Below are positions 35,795 to 44,249 of a stretch of DNA of 46,458 bases, piece by piece. Positions within the stretch are counted from its first letter, which is position 1. Each line of letters starts with the position of its first letter. Origin of the DNA: a bacterium (GTDB lineage: Bacteria > Patescibacteriota > Minisyncoccia > JAHIHE01 > JAGLIN01); the NCBI GenBank assembly GCA_030638825.1, contig DAOWDU010000014.1, positions 1 to 46,458 on the forward strand. The letters run 5' to 3'. The translations under genes were made by a program, and so were the position numbers. Below the pieces are notes generated by a model that was not told the origin of the DNA, searched no databases, and was given only the letters and a program-made list of their open reading frames with translations.

Positions 35795-35863
35795 TTATTT
35801 ACCTCCTTTACTCACCTCTTTGAGATAAGAACACTTTAGTCATTTTAACAACAGCAGTATTTT

Positions 35864-37420
35864 ATGTCAAACAATAAATTCTACATCACCACCTCCATCG
35901 CCTATGCCAACGCTGTGCCGCATATTGGGTTTGCGATGGAAGTTTGCCAGGCGGATGTTTTGGCAAGATACCACAGGATGCTTGGTGATGATGTTTTTTT
36001 CTTATCTGGAACAGACGAAAATGGATCAAAAATAAAAAAGACTGCGCTTGAAAATAAAACAGAGCCGCAAAAATTTGTTGATGAAAATTCGGCTAAGTTT
36101 CAGTTATTATTAGATACACTTAATATTTCTAATAACGATTTTATTCGCACGACAGATCAAAAACGGCATTGGCCAGCAGCGCAAAAAATTTGGAATAAAT
36201 TAGTTGAAGCTGGAGATATTTATAAATCAAACTATGAAGGTTATTATTGCGTCGGCTGTGAGGCGTATTTAACTGAAAAAGATTTAGTTGATGGTAAATG
36301 TCCAAATCATCAAAAAGCGCCGGAAAAAATCAAAGAAGAAAATTATTTCTTTAAACTTTCTAAATATTCAGAAATTATTCAGGAAAAAATTGAATCAGGC
36401 AAACTTAAAATTCTGCCGGAAGCGAGAAAAAATGAAATTTTAAATGTGATAAAATCAGGATTAAAAGATGTCAGCTTTTCTCGTCCTAAAAATATTCTTG
36501 ATTGGGGCGTTCCTGTTCCCAATGACGATTCACAAACAATGTATGTCTGGTGCGACGCGCTGACAAATTATATTTCTGCATTGGGATATGGCCAAAAATC
36601 CAGTAGAGGTTCGGCCTCCACGCTGGAGGCCGAACCTCTACTGGATTTTTGGCCCGCCGACATTCACATTATCGGCAAAGACATTTTAAGATTTCACACC
36701 GCAATTTGGCCAGCAATGTTATTATCAGCTAATTTACCTCTTCCCAAAAAAATATTTGTCCATGGATTTATAACATCCGACGGGCAAAAAATAAGCAAAT
36801 CGCTCGGCAATGTCATTGATCCGTTTGAAGTAATTGACAAATACGGCGTTGACGCTTTGCGATATTATTTATTAAAAGAAATTCCCTCCGGAAACGACGG
36901 CGACTTTTCGTATCAAAGATTTGAAGAGATTTACCAAGCGGATTTAGCGAATGGAATTGGAAATTTGACGGCAAGAATTATTACTTTGGGAATTAAGAAT
37001 CAGGAATCAGGAATTAAGAATCTGAATAAAAATTCAGAGCTTAAAACTAAAGCAGAAAATACTTGGAATAATTACGAAAAATCATTAAACAATTTCAAAC
37101 TAAACGAAGCGTTAGAAATAGCAAAAAAATTAATGAGTACTTGCGATGAATATATTGAACAGAATAAACCGTGGCAATTGGAAGAAGAGAAAAAGAAAGC
37201 AGCAGTTATTTATAATTTATTAGAAAGCCTCCGTCATATCGCCTGGATGATATATCCTTTTATGCCAGAAACTTCAATGAAGATTTTTGAGCAATTATTC
37301 GTGGATGAACAGGAAAGAAAAATTAAATTGAATAAAAATTTAAAAGAAGCGCAAAAATGGGGCGGATTGAAATCTGAAACAAAAATAAAAAAAGGCGAGA
37401 TTTTGTTCCCGCGCTTATAG
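35864..37420 (+). CDS. metG: Methionine--tRNA ligase (short form)
   Basis: FYITTSIAYAN..PHIG, GTDE, YVWCDAL, GKDILRFH and KISKS motifs. Confidence 0.97.
   Translation: MSNNKFYITTSIAYANAVPHIGFAMEVCQADVLARYHRMLGDDVFFLSGTDENGSKIKKTALENKTEPQKFVDENSAKFQLLLDTLNISNNDFIRTTDQKRHWPAAQKIWNKLVEAGDIYKSNYEGYYCVGCEAYLTEKDLVDGKCPNHQKAPEKIKEENYFFKLSKYSEIIQEKIESGKLKILPEARKNEILNVIKSGLKDVSFSRPKNILDWGVPVPNDDSQTMYVWCDALTNYISALGYGQKSSRGSASTLEAEPLLDFWPADIHIIGKDILRFHTAIWPAMLLSANLPLPKKIFVHGFITSDGQKISKSLGNVIDPFEVIDKYGVDALRYYLLKEIPSGNDGDFSYQRFEEIYQADLANGIGNLTARIITLGIKNQESGIKNLNKNSELKTKAENTWNNYEKSLNNFKLNEALEIAKKLMSTCDEYIEQNKPWQLEEEKKKAAVIYNLLESLRHIAWMIYPFMPETSMKIFEQLFVDEQERKIKLNKNLKEAQKWGGLKSETKIKKGEILFPRL
36590..36654. 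repeat. Perfect 31-bp inverted repeat inside metG
   Basis: GGCCAAAAATCCAGTAGAGGTTCGGCCTCCA-cgc-TGGAGGCCGAACCTCTACTGGATTTTTGGCC. Confidence 0.95.
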
Positions 37421-37423
37421 TCC

Positions 37424-37628
37424 TGTCATTCTGAACTTGTTTCAGAATCTATTGATCATTACACTAATTTAATCCATAAATCACATAACATTTTTACTAA
37501 GGCGAAAACGCAATTATTATGTTAAATAAAAGAACAATCGCATTTACGCTTTAGATGAAAGATAATTTTTAAATAGGACAATTCAAAACCTAAGACATAA
37601 AAGATCCTAAAACAAGTTCAGGATGACA
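37424..37628. mobile_element. 205-bp element with TGTC-tagged 27-bp terminal inverted repeats
   Basis: TGTCATTCTGAACTTGTTTCAGAATCT versus AGATCCTAAAACAAGTTCAGGATGACA (24/27 complementary). Confidence 0.7.
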
Positions 37629-37654
37629 ATTTTTAAATTGATTAAAATTGAAAA

Positions 37655-38443
37655 ATGATTGATTCACACGCCCATACGGACTTTAAAGAATTTGACGATG
37701 ACCGCGAAGAAGTTATCAAACGGTTTTTTGAAGGTGGCGGAGAAAAAATTATCAATGTCGGGTGCGACTTAAAATCAAGCGTGAGAAGCTATGAGCTTGC
37801 CAAAAATAATGAGAATATTTTTGCTTCCGCTGGAATACATCCTCACGACGCGGATACTGTTGATAAAAATAGTTTAAGAAAGATCGAAGAACTTGTCCAG
37901 CATTATAAAGTAATAGCTGTCGGCGAGATTGGCTTGGATTATTTCAGAAATTTATCACCGCAAGAAAAACAGATAGAAGCGTTTAGATTACAGCTTGAAC
38001 TTGCCGATAATCACAAGATGCCGCTTATTATTCATTGCCGAGACGCTTATAACGATTTAATAGATATTTTAAAAAGTTACCAAACAAACAGCTGGCGTGG
38101 TGTTATTCACTGTTTTGGTGGCAGTCAAAAAATCGCTGAAGAATTTTTGGAACTCGGATTTTACATTGGTTTTACAGGAACTATTACTTATTATAAAGAT
38201 AAGTCAAAATTAGGAAATGAACCTGAAATATATAGAGTTATAAAAAATATGCCGTTAAATAAAATTTTAATTGAAACAGATTGTCCTTATCTTGCGCCAG
38301 TTCCAGAGAGAGGAAAAAGAAATGAACCGTTATTTGTCCGATATGTCGCTGAAAAAGTCGCGCATATTAGAAATGTAGATTTTAAAGAAATTGAAAAAGC
38401 GACAAGCGAAAATGCGATTAGATTGTTTAATTTAGAAAAGTAA
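37655..38443 (+). CDS. tatD: TatD-family DNase
   Basis: IDSHAH, GIHPH, GEIGLDY, IHCR, IHCF and ETDCPYLAP motifs. Confidence 0.96.
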   Translation: MIDSHAHTDFKEFDDDREEVIKRFFEGGGEKIINVGCDLKSSVRSYELAKNNENIFASAGIHPHDADTVDKNSLRKIEELVQHYKVIAVGEIGLDYFRNLSPQEKQIEAFRLQLELADNHKMPLIIHCRDAYNDLIDILKSYQTNSWRGVIHCFGGSQKIAEEFLELGFYIGFTGTITYYKDKSKLGNEPEIYRVIKNMPLNKILIETDCPYLAPVPERGKRNEPLFVRYVAEKVAHIRNVDFKEIEKATSENAIRLFNLEK

Positions 38444-38539
38444 GCAAATTTTTCTTGACATAAATAATGTAAATAATATTTCTTTTCAAACAACACCTTT
38501 CACAACACTTTCATTAAAAACTAAAAAAATCTCAACAAC

Positions 38540-38597
38540 TAATATAAGTATAACCTCTTTCTGAACGGCCGTTTGAAAAGAGGTTATACTTATATTA
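38540..38597. repeat. CGGCCG-centred palindrome upstream of the PaaX-like gene
   Basis: 58-bp near-perfect palindrome; 40-bp core at 38549-38588. Confidence 0.92.
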
Positions 38598-38641
38598 CAA
38601 ATTGGCATAAAATAGAATCATAAAATTTAACTAGAACTATT

Positions 38642-39172
38642 ATGAAATTACCAGTTACCGAAAAATTTTTATTGGATGTGTATAATTACACTGAAAAGTT
38701 AAATGAGACTTTTGATTTGTTCGCTCCTCGAACGATGAAGGAAGTTTGTTGTCCCGCTCTTTATGAATTAAAACAAGAATATAAAAAGCAAAAGGCAAAA
38801 CAAAAATTTAGTCAGTTGGTTTATCGTCTGAAAAAGAATGGCTATATTAAAATTAAAAATTTAGAACAAAATGAAGGAATTATCTTAACAGAGAAAGGAA
38901 CTGAAAAGGTTTTAAAAACAAAGCTTAAAATGCAAAACAAGAAAAAAAGATCTGATGAAAAATGGCAAATGATAATTTTTGACATTCCTGAAAGGAAAAA
39001 AGGATTAAGAAATTTATTGCGAGGAAAACTTCGTCTCTTAGAATACAAAATGCTTCAACAGAGCATTTGGATTTGTCCTTATAATGTTCAAAAAGAAACG
39101 CAGTTTATTTTAAGAAAATATTCTCTTGACTCATATGTAAAATTATTCCTAATAAAAGAAATAGAGATATAA
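38642..39172 (+). CDS. PaaX-like protein: winged helix + Cas2-like domain
   Basis: VYRLKKNGYI...LTEKG, then WQMIIFDIPE...R..LR..L...YKMLQQSIWICPY. Confidence 0.85.
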   Translation: MKLPVTEKFLLDVYNYTEKLNETFDLFAPRTMKEVCCPALYELKQEYKKQKAKQKFSQLVYRLKKNGYIKIKNLEQNEGIILTEKGTEKVLKTKLKMQNKKKRSDEKWQMIIFDIPERKKGLRNLLRGKLRLLEYKMLQQSIWICPYNVQKETQFILRKYSLDSYVKLFLIKEIEI

Positions 39173-39207
39173 CCTCTTTTTGAACGGCCGTTTGAAAAGA
39201 GGTTATA
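39168..39207. repeat. CGGCCG-centred palindrome overlapping the PaaX-like stop codon
   Basis: 39/40 identical to 38549-38588. Confidence 0.92.
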
Positions 39208-39307
39208 AATAAAATTTGTTAGTTTTATTGGTTATGGATTTTTAATAGCGTTGCTGACGATAATACATCTAAATTATTTATACAGACAAAATTAACATAA
39301 ATTTAAA

Positions 39308-42300
39308 ATGCAAAAATACAATCCTCAAAAAATTGAAAAGAAATGGCAGAAAGAATGGGATAAAAGCGAGATTTACAAGGCAGAAGATTTTTCTGAGAAG
39401 AAGAAGTTTTATTGCTTAATTGAATTCCCCTATCCATCTGGCGCTGGTTTGCATGTGGGACATTTAAGAAGTCATATTGCGATTGATATTATTGCTAGGA
39501 AAAAAAGAATGAGTGGATATAATGTGATGTATCCAATCGGCTGGGACGCTTTTGGGTTGCCGACAGAAAATTTTGCGATTAAGACAAAGACTCATCCAAA
39601 GATCGTGACGGAAAATAATATCAAAAATTTTACCAAGCAAATCAAAAGCTATGGACCAAGTTTTGACTGGTCGCGGGAAATAAATACCACTGATCCAAAA
39701 TATTACAAATGGACACAGTGGATTTTTTTGAAATTATTTAATAGCTTTTATGACGAGAAATTAGATAAAGCGCGTGATATTAAATATTTAGATATTCCGA
39801 AAAATTTAAATGCTTTAGAAAAAAGGGAATTTATTGACAGTCATAGATTAGCTTATGAAGCGGAAATGGCAATCAACTGGTGCCCGAGTTGTAAAATTGG
39901 ATTAGCGAATGAAGAAGTTGTGAATGGCACTTGCGAAAGATGCGGGGCTTTGGCAGAGAAAAAAATTATGAAACAATGGATGTTGCGAATCACAAAATAC
40001 GCAGATAGGTTGATTAAGGATTTAGATACTGTTGATTATTTAAATAAAATTAAAACGCAGCAGGTTAATTGGATTGGGAAATCAGAAGGAGCGATAGTTA
40101 AGTTTCAAATTAAAACTGACGACAATATAAAAACCCCGGAGCATAGCTCAGAGGTTTTTAATGAACCTGAGGGTAATCCCAGGTGCAGATCAAAGACTTG
40201 TCATCCCATTTACAATAATAGTATAAATGATAATGAAAAAGTTGTCAAGTCCAAAAATGACGCTGAGCCGGCAGAGGGATTCGAACCCTCAGATAATAGG
40301 ATGACAAATCTATATCTGCACCATGCTACTGGCAAATCAACGCCAAATTTATTATACCACTCTTTGAAAGTTTTTACCACTCGCCCCGATACTTTATTCG
40401 GATGCACTTATATGGTTTTATCGCCAGAACATCCACTAATTAAGAATTTAGAATCTGGAATTTTGAATTTAGAGGAAGTTAAAAAATACATTGAACAAGC
40501 GAAAAATAAATCTGATTTAGACCGAACTGATTTGGCGAAAGAGAAAACGGGAGTTGAATTGAAAGGAATTAAAGCGATTAATCCAATTAATAACGAAGAA
40601 ATTCCAATCTGGCTTGCGGATTATGTTTTGGCTTCTTACGGCACTGGCGCAATTATGGCGGTACCTGCGCATGATGAGAGGGATTTTGAGTTTGCGAAGA
40701 AGTTTGGATTGGAGATAAAGCAAGTTGTAGCGCCATTGTTTATTGGTGAAGGAAAAAATAAAATTAGAAAAGATAAGAAAAATACGAAAAGAACGGTTGT
40801 AGATGTTATAATTAAGCATTGGGAAAAAGATGAATATTTTTGCTTAGACTGGAGTAAAAGTAAAAATGATTGGAAGTCTTTTGTTGTCGGTGGCGTTGAA
40901 AAAGGAGAGAGCGAAGAGGAAGCAGCTTTGAGAGAGGCAAAAGAAGAATCTGGTTATCAAAATATGCGTGTTGTGAAAAAAATTGGAGGCATAGCCTATA
41001 GTCGTTTCTTTGCGGCTCATAAGGATGTTAATCGTCGTGATATAAAAAGAAGTTGTGTCTATATAGAATTATTGAATAGTAGTTTTATAGAACCAAAAGA
41101 AGAGGAAGTAAAAAATCATAATGGTATTTGGGTTAAAAAAGAAAAAGTAAAAGATTTCATAAATTTACAAGAACCAAAGATTCATTGGGATATTCTTCAA
41201 AATGGGGAAAAACCTTTTATAGGGTATGGTATTGCAATAAATTCTGAACAGTTTAATAATTTAGAAACCAGCGAATTTAAAATAAAAATAACCAAATGGC
41301 TGGAAGAAAACAACCTTGGCAAAAAAGCGATAAATTATAAATTGCGTGATTGGGTTTTTTCTAGACAGCATTATTGGGGGGAACCGATTCCAATTGTGAA
41401 ATGTGAGAAGTGCGGGAATATTGCGTTAGAAAAAAAAGATTTGCCTCTTGAACTTCCAGATGTCAAAAATTATGAGCCGACAGATACTGGCAAATCCCCT
41501 CTTGCAAAAATTGATCAGTGGGTAAATATAAAATGTCCGAAATGCAATAGCAATGCCAAAAGGGAAACTGACACGATGCCGAACTGGGCTGGGTCAAGCT
41601 GGTATTTTTTGCGATATATAGATTCTAAAAACAATAAAGAATTTGCTTCACCAGAAAAATTAAAATACTGGATGCCTGTTGATTTATATAACGGCGGAAT
41701 GGAACACACGACTTTGCATTTGCTTTATTCTAGATTTTGGCATAAGTTTTTATATGATTTAGGATATGTAAATACTTCCGAGCCATACAAAATACGAAGA
41801 TCTCACGGAATGATACTTGCTGAAGATGGACAAAAAATGAGCAAGTCCCGCGGAAATGTTGTTAATCCTGATGAAGTTATTGAGAAATATGGAGCGGATA
41901 CTCTCCGTCTTTATGAAATGTTTATGGGTCCGTATGGCGACGCAATTCCATGGAGCACGAGTAGTTTGATTGGGATGAATAGATTTTTGGAAAAGATCTG
42001 GAAAATGCAAAATAAAGTAGGGACACAAAATTTTGTGTCCGCAAACAAAAATATAGAAACATTGCTTCATCAAACAATAAAAAAAGTTACAGAAGATATT
42101 GAAAATTTAAAATTCAATACGGCGATTAGTTCACTAATGATTTTGTTAAATGGACTAGATAAAAAAGAAAAAATATCAAATATTCAATATTCAATATTCC
42201 TAATTATGTTATCCCCTTTCGCTCCGCATATTACAGAAGAATTATGGAAGATGTTTGAAAATAAAGAAAGCATTCATTTGCAGAAATGGCCAGAATACAA

Positions 42301-42508
42301 TGAAAAATTAGCTGAAGAAACAGAGATAACTTTAGTCATTCAAATTAACGGCAAAGTGCGAGACCAAATAGAAGTTCCAGCTGATATTTCCGAAGAAGAA
42401 GCAAAAAAAATCGCTTTAGGAAGAGATAAAATAAAAAAATGGACTGAAGGAAAAGAAATGAGGAAGATTATTTTCGTAAAAGGGAAATTGGTCAATGTGG
42501 TTGTGTAG
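39308..42508 (+). CDS. leuS: Leucine--tRNA ligase with an 82-aa insert and a NUDIX domain insertion
   Basis: FPYPSGAGLHVGH, TTRPDT, GTGAIMAVPAHDERD and KMSKS motifs; Nudix box GGVEKGESEEEAALREAKEESGY. Confidence 0.97.
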   Translation: MQKYNPQKIEKKWQKEWDKSEIYKAEDFSEKKKFYCLIEFPYPSGAGLHVGHLRSHIAIDIIARKKRMSGYNVMYPIGWDAFGLPTENFAIKTKTHPKIVTENNIKNFTKQIKSYGPSFDWSREINTTDPKYYKWTQWIFLKLFNSFYDEKLDKARDIKYLDIPKNLNALEKREFIDSHRLAYEAEMAINWCPSCKIGLANEEVVNGTCERCGALAEKKIMKQWMLRITKYADRLIKDLDTVDYLNKIKTQQVNWIGKSEGAIVKFQIKTDDNIKTPEHSSEVFNEPEGNPRCRSKTCHPIYNNSINDNEKVVKSKNDAEPAEGFEPSDNRMTNLYLHHATGKSTPNLLYHSLKVFTTRPDTLFGCTYMVLSPEHPLIKNLESGILNLEEVKKYIEQAKNKSDLDRTDLAKEKTGVELKGIKAINPINNEEIPIWLADYVLASYGTGAIMAVPAHDERDFEFAKKFGLEIKQVVAPLFIGEGKNKIRKDKKNTKRTVVDVIIKHWEKDEYFCLDWSKSKNDWKSFVVGGVEKGESEEEAALREAKEESGYQNMRVVKKIGGIAYSRFFAAHKDVNRRDIKRSCVYIELLNSSFIEPKEEEVKNHNGIWVKKEKVKDFINLQEPKIHWDILQNGEKPFIGYGIAINSEQFNNLETSEFKIKITKWLEENNLGKKAINYKLRDWVFSRQHYWGEPIPIVKCEKCGNIALEKKDLPLELPDVKNYEPTDTGKSPLAKIDQWVNIKCPKCNSNAKRETDTMPNWAGSSWYFLRYIDSKNNKEFASPEKLKYWMPVDLYNGGMEHTTLHLLYSRFWHKFLYDLGYVNTSEPYKIRRSHGMILAEDGQKMSKSRGNVVNPDEVIEKYGADTLRLYEMFMGPYGDAIPWSTSSLIGMNRFLEKIWKMQNKVGTQNFVSANKNIETLLHQTIKKVTEDIENLKFNTAISSLMILLNGLDKKEKISNIQYSIFLIMLSPFAPHITEELWKMFENKESIHLQKWPEYNEKLAEETEITLVIQINGKVRDQIEVPADISEEEAKKIALGRDKIKKWTEGKEMRKIIFVKGKLVNVVV
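40128..40160 (-). terminator. Terminator-like hairpin, antisense within leuS
   Basis: TAAAAACCTCTGAGC-tat-GCTCCGGGGTTTTTA on the minus strand. Confidence 0.55.
40220..40248 (-). promoter_or_regulatory. Near-consensus sigma70 promoter, antisense within leuS
   Basis: TTGACA-17 bp-TATACT. Confidence 0.7.
40266..40333 (-). ncRNA. 68-nt tRNA-like RNA (D-arm reduced), antisense within leuS
   Basis: Acceptor GCCAGTA/TGCCGGC (6/7 pairs), perfect T-arm GAGGG-TTCGAAT-CCCTC, loop TTTGTCA, no encoded CCA. Confidence 0.65.
40351..40359 (-). promoter_or_regulatory. Extended -10 promoter for the tRNA-like RNA
   Basis: TGGTATAAT, 17 nt upstream of the tRNA-like 5' end. Confidence 0.6.
42017..42040. repeat. 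GTAG-tagged palindrome inside leuS
   Basis: GTAG-GGACACAAAA|TTTTGTGTCC; translated as VGTQNFVS. Confidence 0.75.
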
Positions 42509-42522
42509 GAAATATTAAACCT

Positions 42523-42564
42523 AAAAAATGAAGGCGACATTCGCGAATGTCGCCTTCATTTTTT
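42523..42564. terminator. Perfect 42-bp palindrome, probable bidirectional terminator
   Basis: AAAAAATGAAGGCGACATTCG|CGAATGTCGCCTTCATTTTTT between convergent leuS and NIF3. Confidence 0.85.
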
Positions 42565-42583
42565 TATACGCTATCTCCTAAAC

Positions 42584-43549
42584 CTAAAATCTCTTCACTC
42601 TAATCAACCCCGAACAAGGAACAATCTCAATGCCTTTTTTCTCTAATTCGTCTAAAAATAAATTTACGCCTAAAGAATCAGAAGAAATATGTCCAGCAAT
42701 AACAACATTGAGATTATTTTTCTCCGCTTCCTTTTTATGTTCTTCTGACATATGCATTCCAACGATTGTCCCAATCCCCGCCTGTGCAATTTTTTCATAC
42801 ATTTTAGCAGAACCCTCTGTTCCGCCAGTAATTTCTATTAGAGCAATTTTACCAACTCGGCTACCTTCAGTTCCAGAAAAAAGACACGGTCCAGCTCCAT
42901 TCTTTATGGCTTCTTTATATTCAGGAATTGATTTTAATAATTTTAGTAAATCTGCTACATATTTTATTTTTGCTTTCTTAATTTTGTTATCTAAAAATTT
43001 TGCGGCTAAATTATCACACGGAGTATGGATATTCATCAAATTAATTTTTAAAATCTTAGCTATATCAACAGGTCTATTGTGATTTATTGGAGAAACTCCT
43101 CTGCTAACTTCTGAAATCCTTTCTCTCAAAACTCCTTCAGCAATATTTATCGGAACGCCGTATTGATTAAGAATGTCTGCCTGGAGATGCATTACTGAAT
43201 CTAAATTTGCAAGATTTTTTCCAATAGGATGATGTCCTAAAACAAGATCAATATCACCGAGCCTATCTGCCAACAAAATTTCTGCTTCATCTGCATCTAT
43301 TCCAACCAATATTTTTTTAACTGGCTTATTTAAACTCAAATTCAAAATACCCGAATCTAGATATGGATTTATTAGTCTGTCTTTATTGTAATCTTCCCTT
43401 TTTTCTTTATCAAGTTTATTATAATTTTCTTCTTCTCTCTTTAAAAGATCTTCTATATCTTTATCGGATCTAAAATCTGCTTTTACTCCCATCTTTATCG
43501 CTAAATCATAAATTTGTTCCATTGTCATCGTGCTTGTTTTCTTTGTCAT
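42584..43549 (-). CDS. NIF3 (NGG1p-interacting factor 3)-like protein
   Basis: LGHHP, HTPCDN and IAGHISSDSLG metal-binding motifs. Confidence 0.85.
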   Translation of the reverse strand: MTKKTSTMTMEQIYDLAIKMGVKADFRSDKDIEDLLKREEENYNKLDKEKREDYNKDRLINPYLDSGILNLSLNKPVKKILVGIDADEAEILLADRLGDIDLVLGHHPIGKNLANLDSVMHLQADILNQYGVPINIAEGVLRERISEVSRGVSPINHNRPVDIAKILKINLMNIHTPCDNLAAKFLDNKIKKAKIKYVADLLKLLKSIPEYKEAIKNGAGPCLFSGTEGSRVGKIALIEITGGTEGSAKMYEKIAQAGIGTIVGMHMSEEHKKEAEKNNLNVVIAGHISSDSLGVNLFLDELEKKGIEIVPCSGLIRVKRF

Positions 43550-43625
43550 TGTTTTTTATTAAAAATTTATTAAACCTCCCCATAACTTCTTAAAAGAAAA
43601 ATAACTTCTTTCTTTAAATTATTTT

Positions 43626-44249
43626 TCACCCATGTTTTATCTTTTCTCCCAACCCCTGCAAAATCGCTCTCTCGTTTATTTCTTTTATTTTCTTTACACA
43701 TTTTATCAAATGCTTTTTAGTATTTTCTTTAGTCCAAAATTTAATTATCTCTTCATCAATATCCCAACTGTTTTTAGCAAAAAAATAAATATCAAAAACA
43801 TCGCGCATTGCCATGTTTTTTCTGCCAGTTAAGGCAACTAGTTTATTAGCAAAAAGAGTTTCTTTCTTGGCAACAAACATTGCGATTCCCAAATGATTTT
43901 TTAATTCGTATTGATTGTTGTTAGAGCGAGTGGAAATTTCTATTTTGACATTGTGATCATCGTCGCCATAAGACAAAAGAGAAAATATCGTCCATCTTTT
44001 GATGCATTTTTCTTTGATAGTCCCGTAATCTTTTAAGGTATTTTCAATTTTTGAAAAAACTAATTCTTTATTATCTTGAGAAGCGTCTAATAAATCAAAG
44101 TCGAGATCAACAGAAAAACGAGGCAAATCATAAAAAAAATACGCTGCCGTTCCGCCCTTTAATCCGAGCAAAGAAGAAATTTCCACATCGCTATAAATAT
44201 CTTTCAATATTTTCAGCATAATCAATTTGTGTTTTTTTCTATTGAGCAT
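43626..44249 (-). CDS. AbiEii-family nucleotidyltransferase toxin (C-terminally frameshifted)
   Basis: LKGGTA..FFY.LPRFSVDLDF, KIEIS, ANKLVAL and RDVFD motifs. Confidence 0.88.
   Translation of the reverse strand: MLNRKKHKLIMLKILKDIYSDVEISSLLGLKGGTAAYFFYDLPRFSVDLDFDLLDASQDNKELVFSKIENTLKDYGTIKEKCIKRWTIFSLLSYGDDDHNVKIEISTRSNNNQYELKNHLGIAMFVAKKETLFANKLVALTGRKNMAMRDVFDIYFFAKNSWDIDEEIIKFWTKENTKKHLIKCVKKIKEINERAILQGLGEKIKHG

Noticed and set aside
37500-37527. dif site (TTATGTTAAAT XerD arm)
   Set aside because: The sequence at the XerC arm position (AGGCGAAAACG) does not match.
38549-39207. CRISPR-Cas locus (Cas2-like gene with repeats)
   Set aside because: Only two repeats, ~620 bp apart with a gene between them. 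No spacers and no cas1 or effector genes.
40162-40186. TPP riboswitch (GAACCTGA...GGTAATCC...AGG)
   Set aside because: Only a partial resemblance to the 3' half. The CTGAGA 5' element is absent and it lies mid-CDS.
40266-40333. Functional tRNA-Thr(UGU) gene
   Set aside because: D-arm nearly absent, irregular anticodon stem, acceptor mismatch, no CCA. Kept as tRNA-like only.
40115-40360. Intein or group I/II intron in leuS
   Set aside because: No Cys/Ser start with His-Asn end, and no recognisable intron core. Too short, and the frame is open.
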